Positions 22,501-33,422 of a stretch of 64,000 nt of DNA are shown here, in pieces. The notes beneath the pieces were generated by a model that worked only from the letters and a program-made list of their open reading frames with translations, ran no database searches and had not been told where the DNA came from. The translations under genes and the position numbers were made by a program. The number at the start of each line of letters is the position of its first letter. The stretch's first letter is position 1. Source of the stretch: an uncultured Rivularia sp. (GTDB taxonomy: Bacteria; Cyanobacteriota; Cyanobacteriia; Cyanobacteriales; Nostocaceae). The stretch is from assembly GCA_963665115.1 (NCBI GenBank), contig OY762007.1, forward strand, positions 7,808,001 to 7,872,000, given 5' to 3'.

Positions 22501-23040
22501 ATGAAAACAGTTGTAATTGGCGGAGTTTGCAGAACTGGGAAATCAAGGTTAGCAAATAAAGTTTTTCAAAACACTAAAGCAACGGTGTTTCATGGCGACC
22601 ATTTGATGAATATTTTATACAATAATTTTTCGGATTCGGTTAAAGGTAAGTTTCCGAAAGTATTAATAAAGCTGATAAGAAATATGGGTAAGGAGTTTAA
22701 CTATACGAGAATATTTGAATCTTGTCATATTGACCCAATTGTTGCTAAAAGTAAATTAAATTATCCCAGCTATATTTTTTTATTTTTAGGATATCCTCAA
22801 GTAAACGTTGAGAAAAAACTTCAAGAATTACGAGAATATGGAGCAAAGCATTCTGAATGTTGGACTAATCAACACGATGATGAATCTTTGATTTTACATA
22901 TTAAACATTTTGCTGAAATTAGCCGAGAGCAACAGTTGAAATGCCAGCAAGCGGAGATTCCATATTTCGATACTTCGGATAATTTTAATTCTGCTTGGAA
23001 TCAAGCTTATGATTATGTAATACAAAAATTAGGCTCGTAG
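22501..23040 (+). CDS. Small P-loop NTPase/kinase-like protein
   Basis: N-terminal VVIGGVCRTGKS Walker A; FLFLGY; YFDTSDNF. Confidence 0.7.
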   Translation: MKTVVIGGVCRTGKSRLANKVFQNTKATVFHGDHLMNILYNNFSDSVKGKFPKVLIKLIRNMGKEFNYTRIFESCHIDPIVAKSKLNYPSYIFLFLGYPQVNVEKKLQELREYGAKHSECWTNQHDDESLILHIKHFAEISREQQLKCQQAEIPYFDTSDNFNSAWNQAYDYVIQKLGS

Positions 23041-23115
23041 TAAGGACTTTAGTCCTTTATTGAGCGCTAAAGCGCAACTACGAACCTATTAACACAATTT
23101 TTCGATTACAAATGA

Positions 23116-24625
23116 CTAATTACTAAGAACTGACTCTAAGTTAAGAAAACCATTTGCAATCAAATAAGTTGCATAAGTGGTATATAATTCTGCATCAATT
23201 GGCGCACAAGATACACCGCTTCCTGCAAGTGCATTTAAAGTCTCGTCACAGCTAATAATTGGTCTATTTTCTGTTAGGTATAAGTCGGGAATGGTAAGTT
23301 GTCTTTCTGACCAACGTTCGAGTAAAAATGGACGCAGAGTGTATAAAGGATTTTCCTCTGATGTGACATCGTTAATTAACTTATCTTGCCATTCTTCGTA
23401 AGGAATCATCTTGATGGGAAATCCGAAAGAACTCAACCAGTCAACTAATGTGCTTAAAGGTGCGGGTTCTGGATGCTGGAGATGGAAAGCCTTACCGAGG
23501 GATTCTTCTTGTTTTGATAGATGTACAATAGCTTGACTTACATAGTCAACTGGTGACATATCTAACATATAATCCACGTCGGGAAAAGCTCCCATTTGCA
23601 AACAGCCTTTGGTCATTAAGTTTACAAAATCGTCGGTGTTGCCTACCCCAGTTTGGCTGTGTCCGGAAATTAAAGGTGGTCTGTAAATGGTGATGGGAAG
23701 TCCTCTTTGTCCGGCGATTTTAACTAGTTTTTCTGCTACCCATTTGGTTTGAGAATACCCGAGAAAAATCCCTTCCCAACGGTCAAAACTATCATCTTCT
23801 TTGACTACTTTTCCTGCGTATTCAGGTGATTCAAATACCGCGACGCTGGAGACGTAATTTAAGGGTTTAACTTTGATTTTACAAGCTAAACGGATGATTT
23901 CTTGGGTTCCTAATACGTTAGCTGTTTTTAACGCTGAGTAGGGAAATACGTAATTGAGCATTGCAGCACTGTGATAAATGGCATCTATATTAGTTGCCAA
24001 CATATCAAATGCTTCAGTGCTTATACCTAATTGCGGTTGAGATAGATCGCCAACTATTGGGATAATTCGAGGGACTGGATTCTTCATCCCAAATCCCATA
24101 AGATTCTAAGTTCTTTTTCAGCTTTTCTTTACCTGCTTCCGCATCTGCTGCACGTACCAAGCAGTAAATATCTGCATCGGTTTGCTGTAAAAGTTCGTGA
24201 ATTACAAATGCTCCTAAAAAGCCGCTACCCCCAGTTAAGAAGATATTTTGAGGATTGGGATTGAATTTATAAGAGGTTGAAGCAGGGCGGATGGTTTCAT
24301 CTAGAACGGCTTCTGCTGCTAAGTTAGGAGTATTGGTAGTATCAACAAGCGATTTATCCTGTTGAGATTCTTGCGCTTCCTCGGCTAAACGTGCCGAAAG
24401 TGCTTCAATTGTCGGATAGTGCCAAAGCAACATTGGGGACAATTCAAATCCCAACATTTTCTGTGCTTTGGTAACAATTACCATTGCTTGAGTAGAGTCT
24501 AAACCGTAAGTATCTAAAGGTTGAGTTACGTCGATTTCTTCGGCTTCCATGTTGAGGATTTCAGCCAAATTAGTTAAAAACCAAGTTTGAATTTCTGTAG
24601 CGTTCATAGTTTGTTTTGTAGTCAT
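23116..24625 (-). CDS. hetM: HglB/HetM: ACP + thioester reductase; extra C near 24072
   Basis: ACP YGLDS motif, [26 protein letters not shown]; position at the end of the hgl cluster. Confidence 0.88.
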
Positions 24626-24791
24626 TTAATTTAGATATATTTGGATTTACGATTATGCAGTTTGTTTTGAAGAGATTTGGAGAAAAAAACCGCAGAGAGC
24701 GCAGAGAGCGCAGAGGAAAGAAATGAAGATAGATAGGAGATTCTGGAGAGAAATAAGAGTAAGATTTATTTTCAATCCAAAATCTAAAATT

Positions 24792-26435
24792 CTAAGATGT
24801 AATTTTAATTGGCTGATATTGAGAATAGAAATTATCTATTTGCAAACCTTGCATTTTTAAACTTTGAATGCGGTATAAATAAGAAGTTCCCTTCATTATT
24901 TGGTTTGCAACATCAACTACCTGACGATTATTTGGTTCTGATAAATAAGAACCGCGTACCCAATCGTTGAAGCTGCCCATCGCGGGGCCGCACCATACTT
25001 GATAATCAACTTCTCTACCTTTTTCACCGGAATTAGACCACCTGGAAGATAATCCTAAATACCAGCGGAAAATCAGCGCCATTTTATATTTTGGATTGTT
25101 AGCGGCTTTGGTAAGTTTCTGAGGATTACTTTTGGTTTGATAAGCAACGGTTTCTTGCCAAACTTCTTCGATACTTTGACGAAAGACCTGTTTTTCTAAC
25201 TTTGTTTTTTCTGCTGGTGGAAGTTCGTCGAGAGAGTTATAATTTCGGTAGATTTCGTATAGTTTTTGTGCTTTCAGGGGAAACATAGTTCCGCGTTTGA
25301 GAACCTGTAGTTTTACTCCCATTTCAAACATATCAGCGGCTGGTGCCATCATCACGTCGGCCATGTCAGCTTGTGCTAATAGCTTTTTAGTATGTATAGA
25401 AGTTCCTGCTTCTATACAAGATTGATTTATTGAACCAGTAACTACATATGCAGCACCCATCATAAAGGCTGCTAAAGCTGATTGAGGAGTTGCAATTCCT
25501 CCTGCTACTCCAACTCGGATGGGTTTTTCGTAATTATATTTAGACTGTATTTCGTCTTTTAAAGCAATTATAGAAGGTAGCACGCAAACCAAAGGACGAT
25601 TATCTGTATGACCGCCAGAATCTGCTTCTACGGTAATATCATCTGCGATCGGAATTTGTGCTGCAAGGGTTGCTTGTAATTCGGTAATTAACCCTTTTTC
25701 AACCAGTTCCTTAAGCATTTTTAAGGGGGCTGGCTGCATAAATTTACTCGCAACTTCCCGACGAGAAATTTTAGCAATGACCTTATTATTAATTTGAATT
25801 TGGTTAGCTGAATTTAAACTCAATCCAGCCGCACGATAGTAAACAATATTAGGAGTTAAATCTAAAAATGCCGAAGCTTCTACAGTTTCTACTCCATATT
25901 TTAGATATAAATCTACAGCGCCTCTTTCTATTTCGGGGTCGTTAGGACTATGAATTAAATTAAATGCATAAGGACCATTAGGCAAAGATGTTTGAATTAC
26001 TTTAATCGCTTCTTCTAAACGAGTTAAACTCAAACCGCCCGCACCAAAAGAACTCAAAATATTCTCTTTACCCAGGGCTATTATCATTTCTTCGGAGGCT
26101 ATACCCCCAGCCATTGCACCAGTTGTATAAGCATATTTAACATTATGAAAATTGAGGAAATTGGGGTCGCCGAAGCTTTGAGTAAAAACAGGTGGAGCTG
26201 CAATTAATAATTCTATTTCGGCTGGTTGACTGTTATCCAGGGGACAATAGCCGTAATTAGTTGCTCCAATTCTGTCTCCGACTTTAACTATATAGCAAGG
26301 TTTATCAGTTTCGAGCAATTGTTCTTTGATTCCTTCTGGATCGAAGGAAATACAGCTTACTGAACCTTTCCAAGTTCGATTTTTAGTCGCAATAGCCCCA
26401 TGAAATAGAAGTCCGTTGTTTTCTTTATTTAGCAC
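24792..26435 (-). CDS. hglA: PfaD-family enoyl reductase (HglA)
   Basis: GAMAGGIASEE, EADSGGHTDNR, APAADMFEMGVKLQVLKRG. Confidence 0.9.
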   Translation of the reverse strand: MLNKENNGLLFHGAIATKNRTWKGSVSCISFDPEGIKEQLLETDKPCYIVKVGDRIGATNYGYCPLDNSQPAEIELLIAAPPVFTQSFGDPNFLNFHNVKYAYTTGAMAGGIASEEMIIALGKENILSSFGAGGLSLTRLEEAIKVIQTSLPNGPYAFNLIHSPNDPEIERGAVDLYLKYGVETVEASAFLDLTPNIVYYRAAGLSLNSANQIQINNKVIAKISRREVASKFMQPAPLKMLKELVEKGLITELQATLAAQIPIADDITVEADSGGHTDNRPLVCVLPSIIALKDEIQSKYNYEKPIRVGVAGGIATPQSALAAFMMGAAYVVTGSINQSCIEAGTSIHTKKLLAQADMADVMMAPAADMFEMGVKLQVLKRGTMFPLKAQKLYEIYRNYNSLDELPPAEKTKLEKQVFRQSIEEVWQETVAYQTKSNPQKLTKAANNPKYKMALIFRWYLGLSSRWSNSGEKGREVDYQVWCGPAMGSFNDWVRGSYLSEPNNRQVVDVANQIMKGTSYLYRIQSLKMQGLQIDNFYSQYQPIKITS

Positions 26436-26579
26436 GTTTTTTCAATTATCAATGAACAATTATTGATGAGCAGTTAACAGTGAGCAGCGAACAGTTTTAA
26501 TTATTAGCTTGACAAAGGTTCGTAGTCAGGGCTTTAGCCCTTAACATAAAATATAAAGTCCTGACTACGAATATAATTG

Positions 26580-29500
26580 TTAATTGTCGAACAAATTTTC
26601 GGCGCAAGCGATTTGCAATTGAATAATTTCGCTTAGCTGTTGGCTAAAATCTTGGCGCGATTTCAAGAATGTGGAGTGGGTTTTATGAACCATTAAATTG
26701 TTGGTGTTGACTTGTTGATATTGAGGTTTTCTATAATTAGTCACGTTTTGAGTTGATGCTAATTTTTTGGTTGTGGTAGATGCAATATATGAAGTAGTTT
26801 TCGCCGGATTTGATGACGCTGTTTTTTCTATATTGATATTGGGTACGGCGATTTTCATAGGACTTACTTCTGGTTTTTTCGATGCTGTTGCGGGGATGTT
26901 TGGTTTTGTTTGTGGTTGAGATGTAGGAGTAGTTTTCGCCGCTGCTTTTACTTTTACAGGTTGAGGTTTTGACGGTTCTTTTTGTGCTGGTTTTATCTTT
27001 TCAATTGGCTTTTGACTAACTTCTGTTTCTTGGAACAGCTTTCTATTCTCTGCTGTTAAAATACTTGCAGTAAAATTATGACCGCCTAATGTAACTTTTC
27101 TCTGACTAAGTTTGGCTTTTTTACTGGTTTCTTCAACTGTCGAATACAGCGGCGATAAATCTAAGGAAACTTGGTGACTCGTTAGTTTTGCTAATGCTTT
27201 GATAATGCTACTATGGTCGTCTAAGCCTCTACGATTAAGAGAAATTGTCATGTGTTCTTTATCGCTTAAATTTTTATCAATCCATCGAGAACAAACGTTT
27301 CCAGCACCTGTTTCAATAAATATTTTCGCACCATCGCTATAAACTTGGTTAACCAGTCGAGGAAAATCAAGTTCTTTACAAAGCCCTGTAGCGATACCTT
27401 CAGCAATGGCTTTACTTTCTAATTCTATTGGCGCATATTTTGCAGCGGAATAAAGTATTAGATTTTGCTGATTTTCTTGAATTGGTAAAGTGTTGACGTT
27501 GGCAATTTCTTCATGTTCGGAAGCCATCGCTTCGCAGTGAATTACATGATCGAAAGGGGCACGGAATGCATTACAACCTATTTTTTTTATAACTTGTTCG
27601 CAGGCTGCTGGCTCACCGGCAATTACTACTTCTTCTGGTGTATTGATTTGAGTCAGGTAAACGCGGTTCTCTGCTGCTATACTTTCCCTAACTTGGGATG
27701 GTGTGGCTATAAGAACGTAATTACACCAGAAATTATTGTCGGGCGATCGCTCTTCTGATGGTAGCTGCCAAAATTCTCTGACGCAGTTTTTCGCACCCGA
27801 TAATCTGTCTCCGAATAAGGTACTGGTGTTTAAAGCGTTGCTCATCTGACCAAATTGATTCCATATCCCGATAGCAGACATCATACTAACTTCACCCAAG
27901 CTGTAACCAAAAGCAAATTTGGGTTTTACTTGGAAGTTATCTTGAAGTACTTTAGACAACAGTCTGGCAACGACTATTTCGTTTTCAAACATTGCCGATG
28001 AATCATCTAGCAGTTGCTTTTCTAATCCTTCTAACTGTCTGGAGGATAGTTTATTCAAGCTGCGAGGATATACTAATTTCTCGACGTGACTGACACGACT
28101 ATCTAAGTTTTGCAGGATGATATCGTCGTGAACTTGGGGAAATAGACGGAAGAGATTTTTACCGATACCGAGATAGGAATTAACCGCAGCAGGATAGATA
28201 AATGCAACTTCTCCTTTTTTACCCAACGGTTTTGCTGTAAAATAACTGCCTAGTGGAGTTTGCCACTCTTCACCTCGATCAAATGCGTTATTAACACCTT
28301 TGATGGCTGCTTTTATTTCTCTAGCTAATTCTTTGGGATTACGCGCCAAAATTACTAAAGTATAGTCTTGTTGACTGCGTTTTTGGTAATCGGCAAAAGT
28401 CATTTTAGCAGCTGCGGGAAGAGAAGTTCCCTCATTTACTACATTTTGTAAGTTGTCAACTTGCTGTAGTAAACCTTCGCGATTATTACCGGCGATCGCA
28501 AACAGTTGGAGAGGCATTTGCTGCAAAAATCTGCTGCTGCGGTCTTGTTTGTTTGGTTCTTCAGATATTATTAAGTGAGCGTAAGTTCCATCTATACCCA
28601 TACTGTTGATGGCTGCCGTTCTTTTCTCGGTGTCTGGATTAAGAAACCAAGGCCTCGATTCCGGAACAACATAAAAAGAACTGTTTTCCCACTTTTGAAT
28701 ATCTTTCACACCAGTCCATTTTGGAGTTGCAGGAAGATATCTATAATAAAGACACAAAGCTGTTTTAATTAAACTAGCAATTCCCGAAGCAACATAGGTG
28801 TGACCAATATTAGCTTTAACGCTGCCGATCGCACAGCTTAATTTGTTTGCACCGCTTGGATAAGCCCGAAGTAATCCGTCAATTTCTGCTTCGTCTTCTT
28901 GGGAAATGCCACTACCAAAAACTTCCAGATAACTAATATCTTTATGTTTGATTTCTGCCGTCTCGAAAGCTTGCTGACAAGCATCTTCAACGGTGTTGGC
29001 ATCCGTGGAACCCAAACGACTTTGCAAATCATTACTGGCAGCATTTTTTTGCTTGAAACTAACTGCATCAATTACCGCGTAGATGCACTCGTTTTCCTGT
29101 TTTGCTAGTTGATGTCGCTTTAATACTACTGCACCCGCACCTTCCCCAATCGCCCAGCCATTAGCTTCTTGGTCATAGGAAAGAGTATTTACACCTGTAT
29201 TAACTGTTGATAATTCGTTTCTTAATAAAACGTTTTCCATACCGCCAGCTAAATCCACGGCACCCACTAATACGGCATCTGCTTCCCCAGTAGTTAATAA
29301 ATGTTGCGCTACTTCTAACACTTTAAATGTGGAGTTTTCGCCAGCGGAAATTGTCAATGCGGGAGCAGTAAAATTCCACAGCGAGGAAATACGACTCGCC
29401 ATAATATTAGTGATGTAGCTGACAAACTCGCTGCTATCGGCTGGTTTGGGATGAATTCCGTCTTTAACTATTGTTTCTAACTTCGACAGTTGATCGGAAG

Positions 29501-31343
29501 ATAAAGATATTGCGCTAGCATTTAATCCTTCTTTAATTTCCCAGTCCAAATTCCATCTTTGCTGAAGTTGATGAACGGAAAACTCGGCTTCTGTAGCGAT
29601 TAAAACTGCTACATTATCCCCTTCTTTTACATCTGCATCTTTCAAAGCGCGTTCGGCTACTTTGAGCATCAACAGTTGTTGTTTGTTGAGATTTTCTAAC
29701 TCATTGGGAGGAATTTTACTCGATACGGTATCAATGATAAAGTCGCTGATATAAGCTCCCGTAGGTGCTTTTCCGTCGGGTAAATTATATTTTTCTAGCA
29801 ATTCTGTTTTATTTTCTACACCGTGCCATCTTTGTTCGGGTAAGGGAATAAAATGTTGTTTACCTTGATAAATACTGCTTTCAAAAGCATCCAATCCATC
29901 ACAACCGCCGAAAAAGGCATCCATTCCCACAATCGCCATTTTAGCGAGTTTGAAAGGTTGGCTAGATTCTTCAGATGTGGTGTTTTTATTTTGTTCTAAA
30001 ATTAAATGAGCGTTGGTTCCACCCAAGCCAAAAGCACTAACTCCGGCGCGTTTTATAGAACCGCTTTTTGAGTGCCAGTTGGTAGGACTAGTTACAATTC
30101 TGCTCGGTGAAATTACGTTATCTTCCGAACCAATGGGGTCTGTAATATTAATAGTCGTAGGAATAATACCCTTGCTCATGCTCAAGAGTACTTTAATCAG
30201 ACTAGCGCTAGCAGCACCAGTCAGCAAATGTCCGATATTAGATTTTACCGAACCCGTAAAGGGAGTTGCTTGATATTTACCAAAGAAAGTTTCGATAGAA
30301 TTAAACTCGGTACTGTCTCCTAATAAAGTCCCTGTAGCATGACACTCCATATAGTCGAGAACTTTCGGATTAATATCAGCTTCCGAATAAGCCTTTTCAA
30401 AAGCTAAAGTTTGTCCTTTGGGGTTGGGGCTGAGTAAATGTTTACCCCTGCCATCATTGGAAAGTCCATTACCAGTTATTGAAGCGTAAATGCGATCGCC
30501 ATCTTTAACAGCATCGCTATAGCGTTTGAGAACAAGCATTCCCACGCCTTCGGAGGTAACTAATCCCCTGGAGGATTTATCTAAGGGACGGCTAATATCG
30601 TTGTTTTCTGGATAACCTTGAATCCCGGAAAAAAGCATCCTGATAAAAATCGGATCGGCACAACTGATACCACCCGCCAACATCAAGTCAGCTTTGTGCG
30701 TCCATAGGTAATGAGACGCTAATCTAGCAGCGTATAAAGGTGAAGAACAAGCAGCATCCAGGCAAAAATGGATGTGAGATAAAGATAAAGCTTGAGAAAT
30801 AATAGCGGCAGGTAAACCCGATATCATACCGTTATAAAATGATGTCTCCTCGGAATTGGGTAAACTTGCGGCAGCAAAATCCTCTTGCTGCAAAAGTTCA
30901 CCAATTGCAGGATTTAACACCTGTTGATAGAGCGGTTCAAATAATTGGTTTGATGATTTCGTAGGTAGCGAGAGTGTGCCCAACAGTACTCCACATTTGG
31001 AAAGAACAGACTTGTCTTCCAAATAACCACTATTTTGTAATGCTTGCTTTGCAGCATAAAGCGACCATTTAAAGGTGTCATCTAGATTTTGTAGCAACGA
31101 AGAGGGAAGATTGTATCCCGATGCATCAAACTTAAAATTACGTACAAATCCTCCTTGCAAGGAGTAAACTTTATCTGGTTTTCCTTTTACCGGATCGTAA
31201 AATATTGTTGGCTCTATACCAATCTCATCAATACTCAATTCGGAAGTAGAATCCTTTTGTTCAATTAAATTATGCCAAAACTCTTCAGCGTTTTTAGCAT
31301 CGGGGAATAAACATGAGAACCCAACGATCGCGATTTTTTCCAT
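26580..31343 (-). CDS. hglC: Fused HglD-HglC PKS (KS, CLF-like KS, AT)
   Basis: KS DAACSS/HATGT/NIGH; second KS lacks the catalytic Cys (ISAGENS); AT GYSLG; single 1587-aa frame. Confidence 0.85.
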   Translation of the reverse strand: MEKIAIVGFSCLFPDAKNAEEFWHNLIEQKDSTSELSIDEIGIEPTIFYDPVKGKPDKVYSLQGGFVRNFKFDASGYNLPSSLLQNLDDTFKWSLYAAKQALQNSGYLEDKSVLSKCGVLLGTLSLPTKSSNQLFEPLYQQVLNPAIGELLQQEDFAAASLPNSEETSFYNGMISGLPAAIISQALSLSHIHFCLDAACSSPLYAARLASHYLWTHKADLMLAGGISCADPIFIRMLFSGIQGYPENNDISRPLDKSSRGLVTSEGVGMLVLKRYSDAVKDGDRIYASITGNGLSNDGRGKHLLSPNPKGQTLAFEKAYSEADINPKVLDYMECHATGTLLGDSTEFNSIETFFGKYQATPFTGSVKSNIGHLLTGAASASLIKVLLSMSKGIIPTTINITDPIGSEDNVISPSRIVTSPTNWHSKSGSIKRAGVSAFGLGGTNAHLILEQNKNTTSEESSQPFKLAKMAIVGMDAFFGGCDGLDAFESSIYQGKQHFIPLPEQRWHGVENKTELLEKYNLPDGKAPTGAYISDFIIDTVSSKIPPNELENLNKQQLLMLKVAERALKDADVKEGDNVAVLIATEAEFSVHQLQQRWNLDWEIKEGLNASAISLSSDQLSKLETIVKDGIHPKPADSSEFVSYITNIMASRISSLWNFTAPALTISAGENSTFKVLEVAQHLLTTGEADAVLVGAVDLAGGMENVLLRNELSTVNTGVNTLSYDQEANGWAIGEGAGAVVLKRHQLAKQENECIYAVIDAVSFKQKNAASNDLQSRLGSTDANTVEDACQQAFETAEIKHKDISYLEVFGSGISQEDEAEIDGLLRAYPSGANKLSCAIGSVKANIGHTYVASGIASLIKTALCLYYRYLPATPKWTGVKDIQKWENSSFYVVPESRPWFLNPDTEKRTAAINSMGIDGTYAHLIISEEPNKQDRSSRFLQQMPLQLFAIAGNNREGLLQQVDNLQNVVNEGTSLPAAAKMTFADYQKRSQQDYTLVILARNPKELAREIKAAIKGVNNAFDRGEEWQTPLGSYFTAKPLGKKGEVAFIYPAAVNSYLGIGKNLFRLFPQVHDDIILQNLDSRVSHVEKLVYPRSLNKLSSRQLEGLEKQLLDDSSAMFENEIVVARLLSKVLQDNFQVKPKFAFGYSLGEVSMMSAIGIWNQFGQMSNALNTSTLFGDRLSGAKNCVREFWQLPSEERSPDNNFWCNYVLIATPSQVRESIAAENRVYLTQINTPEEVVIAGEPAACEQVIKKIGCNAFRAPFDHVIHCEAMASEHEEIANVNTLPIQENQQNLILYSAAKYAPIELESKAIAEGIATGLCKELDFPRLVNQVYSDGAKIFIETGAGNVCSRWIDKNLSDKEHMTISLNRRGLDDHSSIIKALAKLTSHQVSLDLSPLYSTVEETSKKAKLSQRKVTLGGHNFTASILTAENRKLFQETEVSQKPIEKIKPAQKEPSKPQPVKVKAAAKTTPTSQPQTKPNIPATASKKPEVSPMKIAVPNINIEKTASSNPAKTTSYIASTTTKKLASTQNVTNYRKPQYQQVNTNNLMVHKTHSTFLKSRQDFSQQLSEIIQLQIACAENLFDN

Positions 31344-31345
31344 AC

Positions 31346-31566
31346 TGTTATTCAGTTATCAGTTATCAGTGAACAGTTATCAATTAATTAAAGGAACGGG
31401 GGGATGGGGAGACAAGGAGACAAGGAGATGGGGAGACAAGGAGACAAGGAGACAAGGAGATGGGGAGAAGAATAATTACCAATTACCAATTACCAATCCC
31501 CCATGCCCAATGCCCAATGCCCAATGCCCAATTCCCAATCCCCAACTATCAACTATCAACTAACCA
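31346..31566 (+). repeat. Mixed STRR-type array (GTTATCA, GGAGACAA, ACCAATT, ATGCCCA, CAACTAT)
   Basis: Tandem 7-8 nt units seen directly. Confidence 0.9.
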
Positions 31567-33306
31567 CTAACTCTTTAAAGATTTAGTCGGAATAATAATT
31601 CCTTTACCACCTAATAAGCGGGAATAAATTTTGCCTTGATTATCATGTATTGTAAAATCGGCGGCAACGCTGGTGGCTGTTTTACTTACAATTTCGCAAG
31701 AAACGTAAAAGGGTTTATTGTAGGGTGTTGCTGCAAATTGTTCGTGTTTGTGAATTTCTGCTGGCAAACAAATTTCTTGATGATAGTGCTGTAACCAAAT
31801 CCATAAAGGATGAGTACTCAAATCAACGGAGAAAGGATTTACCCAGAAAACAGGAAATTGTCCTTGTTGTTTTCTATCGATTTCGTTCCAAACGCATTCG
31901 GTAGTAATTTTTTCTGGACTAATATTTATTACTTTTGTTAGCCCTTTAAAAGATTCCCCGTGGAACAAAGGAAATATTGCTGGATTTTCTTGATAAAACT
32001 CATTCCCCTTAATGGTAATGATATTATCTTCTGTCATATTCAATTTTTCGTAAGTCGGACTTGGGGTATGTTGCGGTAATAAATGAATATCATTAATACT
32101 GAAATGATAGTTAACTTTTCCGTTTTTATTCCTACTCCATATTTTCGCTTTAAAAACTATTTCTTGATGCTCGTGTTTAGCAATTTCTTCAATATCTAGG
32201 ATATATTCGTCTGCCAGTTTTTCATCAAAAGGTATTCCCTTCAATACCTTAAAATTGTTGTAGTAATAAAACCTATATCCTGGATAAAGTTGTTCGCAAG
32301 CATTAATCATCCATTGCGTTCCACAAGTAGCAGGTAAAACTGGCTTTCCACCGACTATATGATCTTGTATAAAAGGATTGGCTGCTTCCGTTAATCGTCG
32401 ATGAATGCGATAACTTCTTAACTGAGAATTTAATTTGGGCGGAGGTGGAGAAATTGGACTACCAATTACAACTTGTGTCGAATCTCGGTAAGAATCATGA
32501 AGTTCGTTGACTAACATTTTCGCTCCCGCTTCTACCGGAATAATTTCAATTCCTCTACGGGCAAATTCCTTTTTTAATTCCGGTGTTACCATACCGCTAT
32601 CCCAGCCACCCCAATTGATAGCCACTACATGACATTGGGGATACTGTTGTTTGAGCAGATGAGCCGATTTATTCAGAATTTCATTAGCTAAAGCGTAATC
32701 TGATTGACCGACATTGCCGTAAAACCCGGCAATAGAAGAGTATAAAACTAAATGTTCCAATTGAGGAAGATTGACGCAGCTAAGAAGATTTTCTAAACCT
32801 TGAATTTTAGCACTGTAAACTTTTTCAAAGTCTTCTTCAGTTTTCTTTTCAATTAACTTATCAGCTAAATTACCCGCACCATGAATAATACCAGTTATTT
32901 CACCCATACTTTCGGTAACAGCGGTTAGTTGCTGTTGTAAATCGTGAGTATTTGTAACATCAACGCTAATATATTTAGCCTCACCTCCTACTTGTTTAAT
33001 TGTTTCTAAAGTTTGTTTTATTTCGCGGTCAGAAATAATTTGATTATAAATCTTTTTCACCTGTATGGGAGTAGGTTTTTCTCCCCGTTCGAGCAAATAT
33101 TCCATAATCCGTTTTTTTAAAACTGCTTCATCAAAGCAATTATTTGCAAATAAAGGTTCGGACTCTAAAAGTTGCGAACGACCTAGTAAAATAAACTTAC
33201 ACGGATATTGCCTTGCCAATTCAATCGCACATTTTGCAGTAATTCCTTTAGCTCCACCACTAACAAGGAAAACCGATTCGGGACGAATTGAAGTTGCTGT
33301 TTTCAT
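31567..33306 (-). CDS. hglG: HglG: ketoreductase + dehydratase
   Basis: GGAKGIT, IHGAG, GQSDYALANE; DH HIVGGKPVLP (HxxxGxxxxP). Confidence 0.85.
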   Translation of the reverse strand: MKTATSIRPESVFLVSGGAKGITAKCAIELARQYPCKFILLGRSQLLESEPLFANNCFDEAVLKKRIMEYLLERGEKPTPIQVKKIYNQIISDREIKQTLETIKQVGGEAKYISVDVTNTHDLQQQLTAVTESMGEITGIIHGAGNLADKLIEKKTEEDFEKVYSAKIQGLENLLSCVNLPQLEHLVLYSSIAGFYGNVGQSDYALANEILNKSAHLLKQQYPQCHVVAINWGGWDSGMVTPELKKEFARRGIEIIPVEAGAKMLVNELHDSYRDSTQVVIGSPISPPPPKLNSQLRSYRIHRRLTEAANPFIQDHIVGGKPVLPATCGTQWMINACEQLYPGYRFYYYNNFKVLKGIPFDEKLADEYILDIEEIAKHEHQEIVFKAKIWSRNKNGKVNYHFSINDIHLLPQHTPSPTYEKLNMTEDNIITIKGNEFYQENPAIFPLFHGESFKGLTKVINISPEKITTECVWNEIDRKQQGQFPVFWVNPFSVDLSTHPLWIWLQHYHQEICLPAEIHKHEQFAATPYNKPFYVSCEIVSKTATSVAADFTIHDNQGKIYSRLLGGKGIIIPTKSLKS

Positions 33307-33422
33307 GAGTTTTTATGTAACAAAATATGATAACTGATGTTTGTTTGTAGTAAAGAATGCGCGTCATTTAAACTTTTTTCAGCGAAAACAACACTTACTA
33401 CGAACTTATTAAAAATTAACCT

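Noticed and set aside
31369..31563. ORFs translated from repeats (also 33982-34257, 41242-41502, 47153-47338, 55838-56020, 59527-59769)
   Set aside because: Peptides such as YQLPITN, PMPNAQC and GVGSREL are translations of STRR arrays
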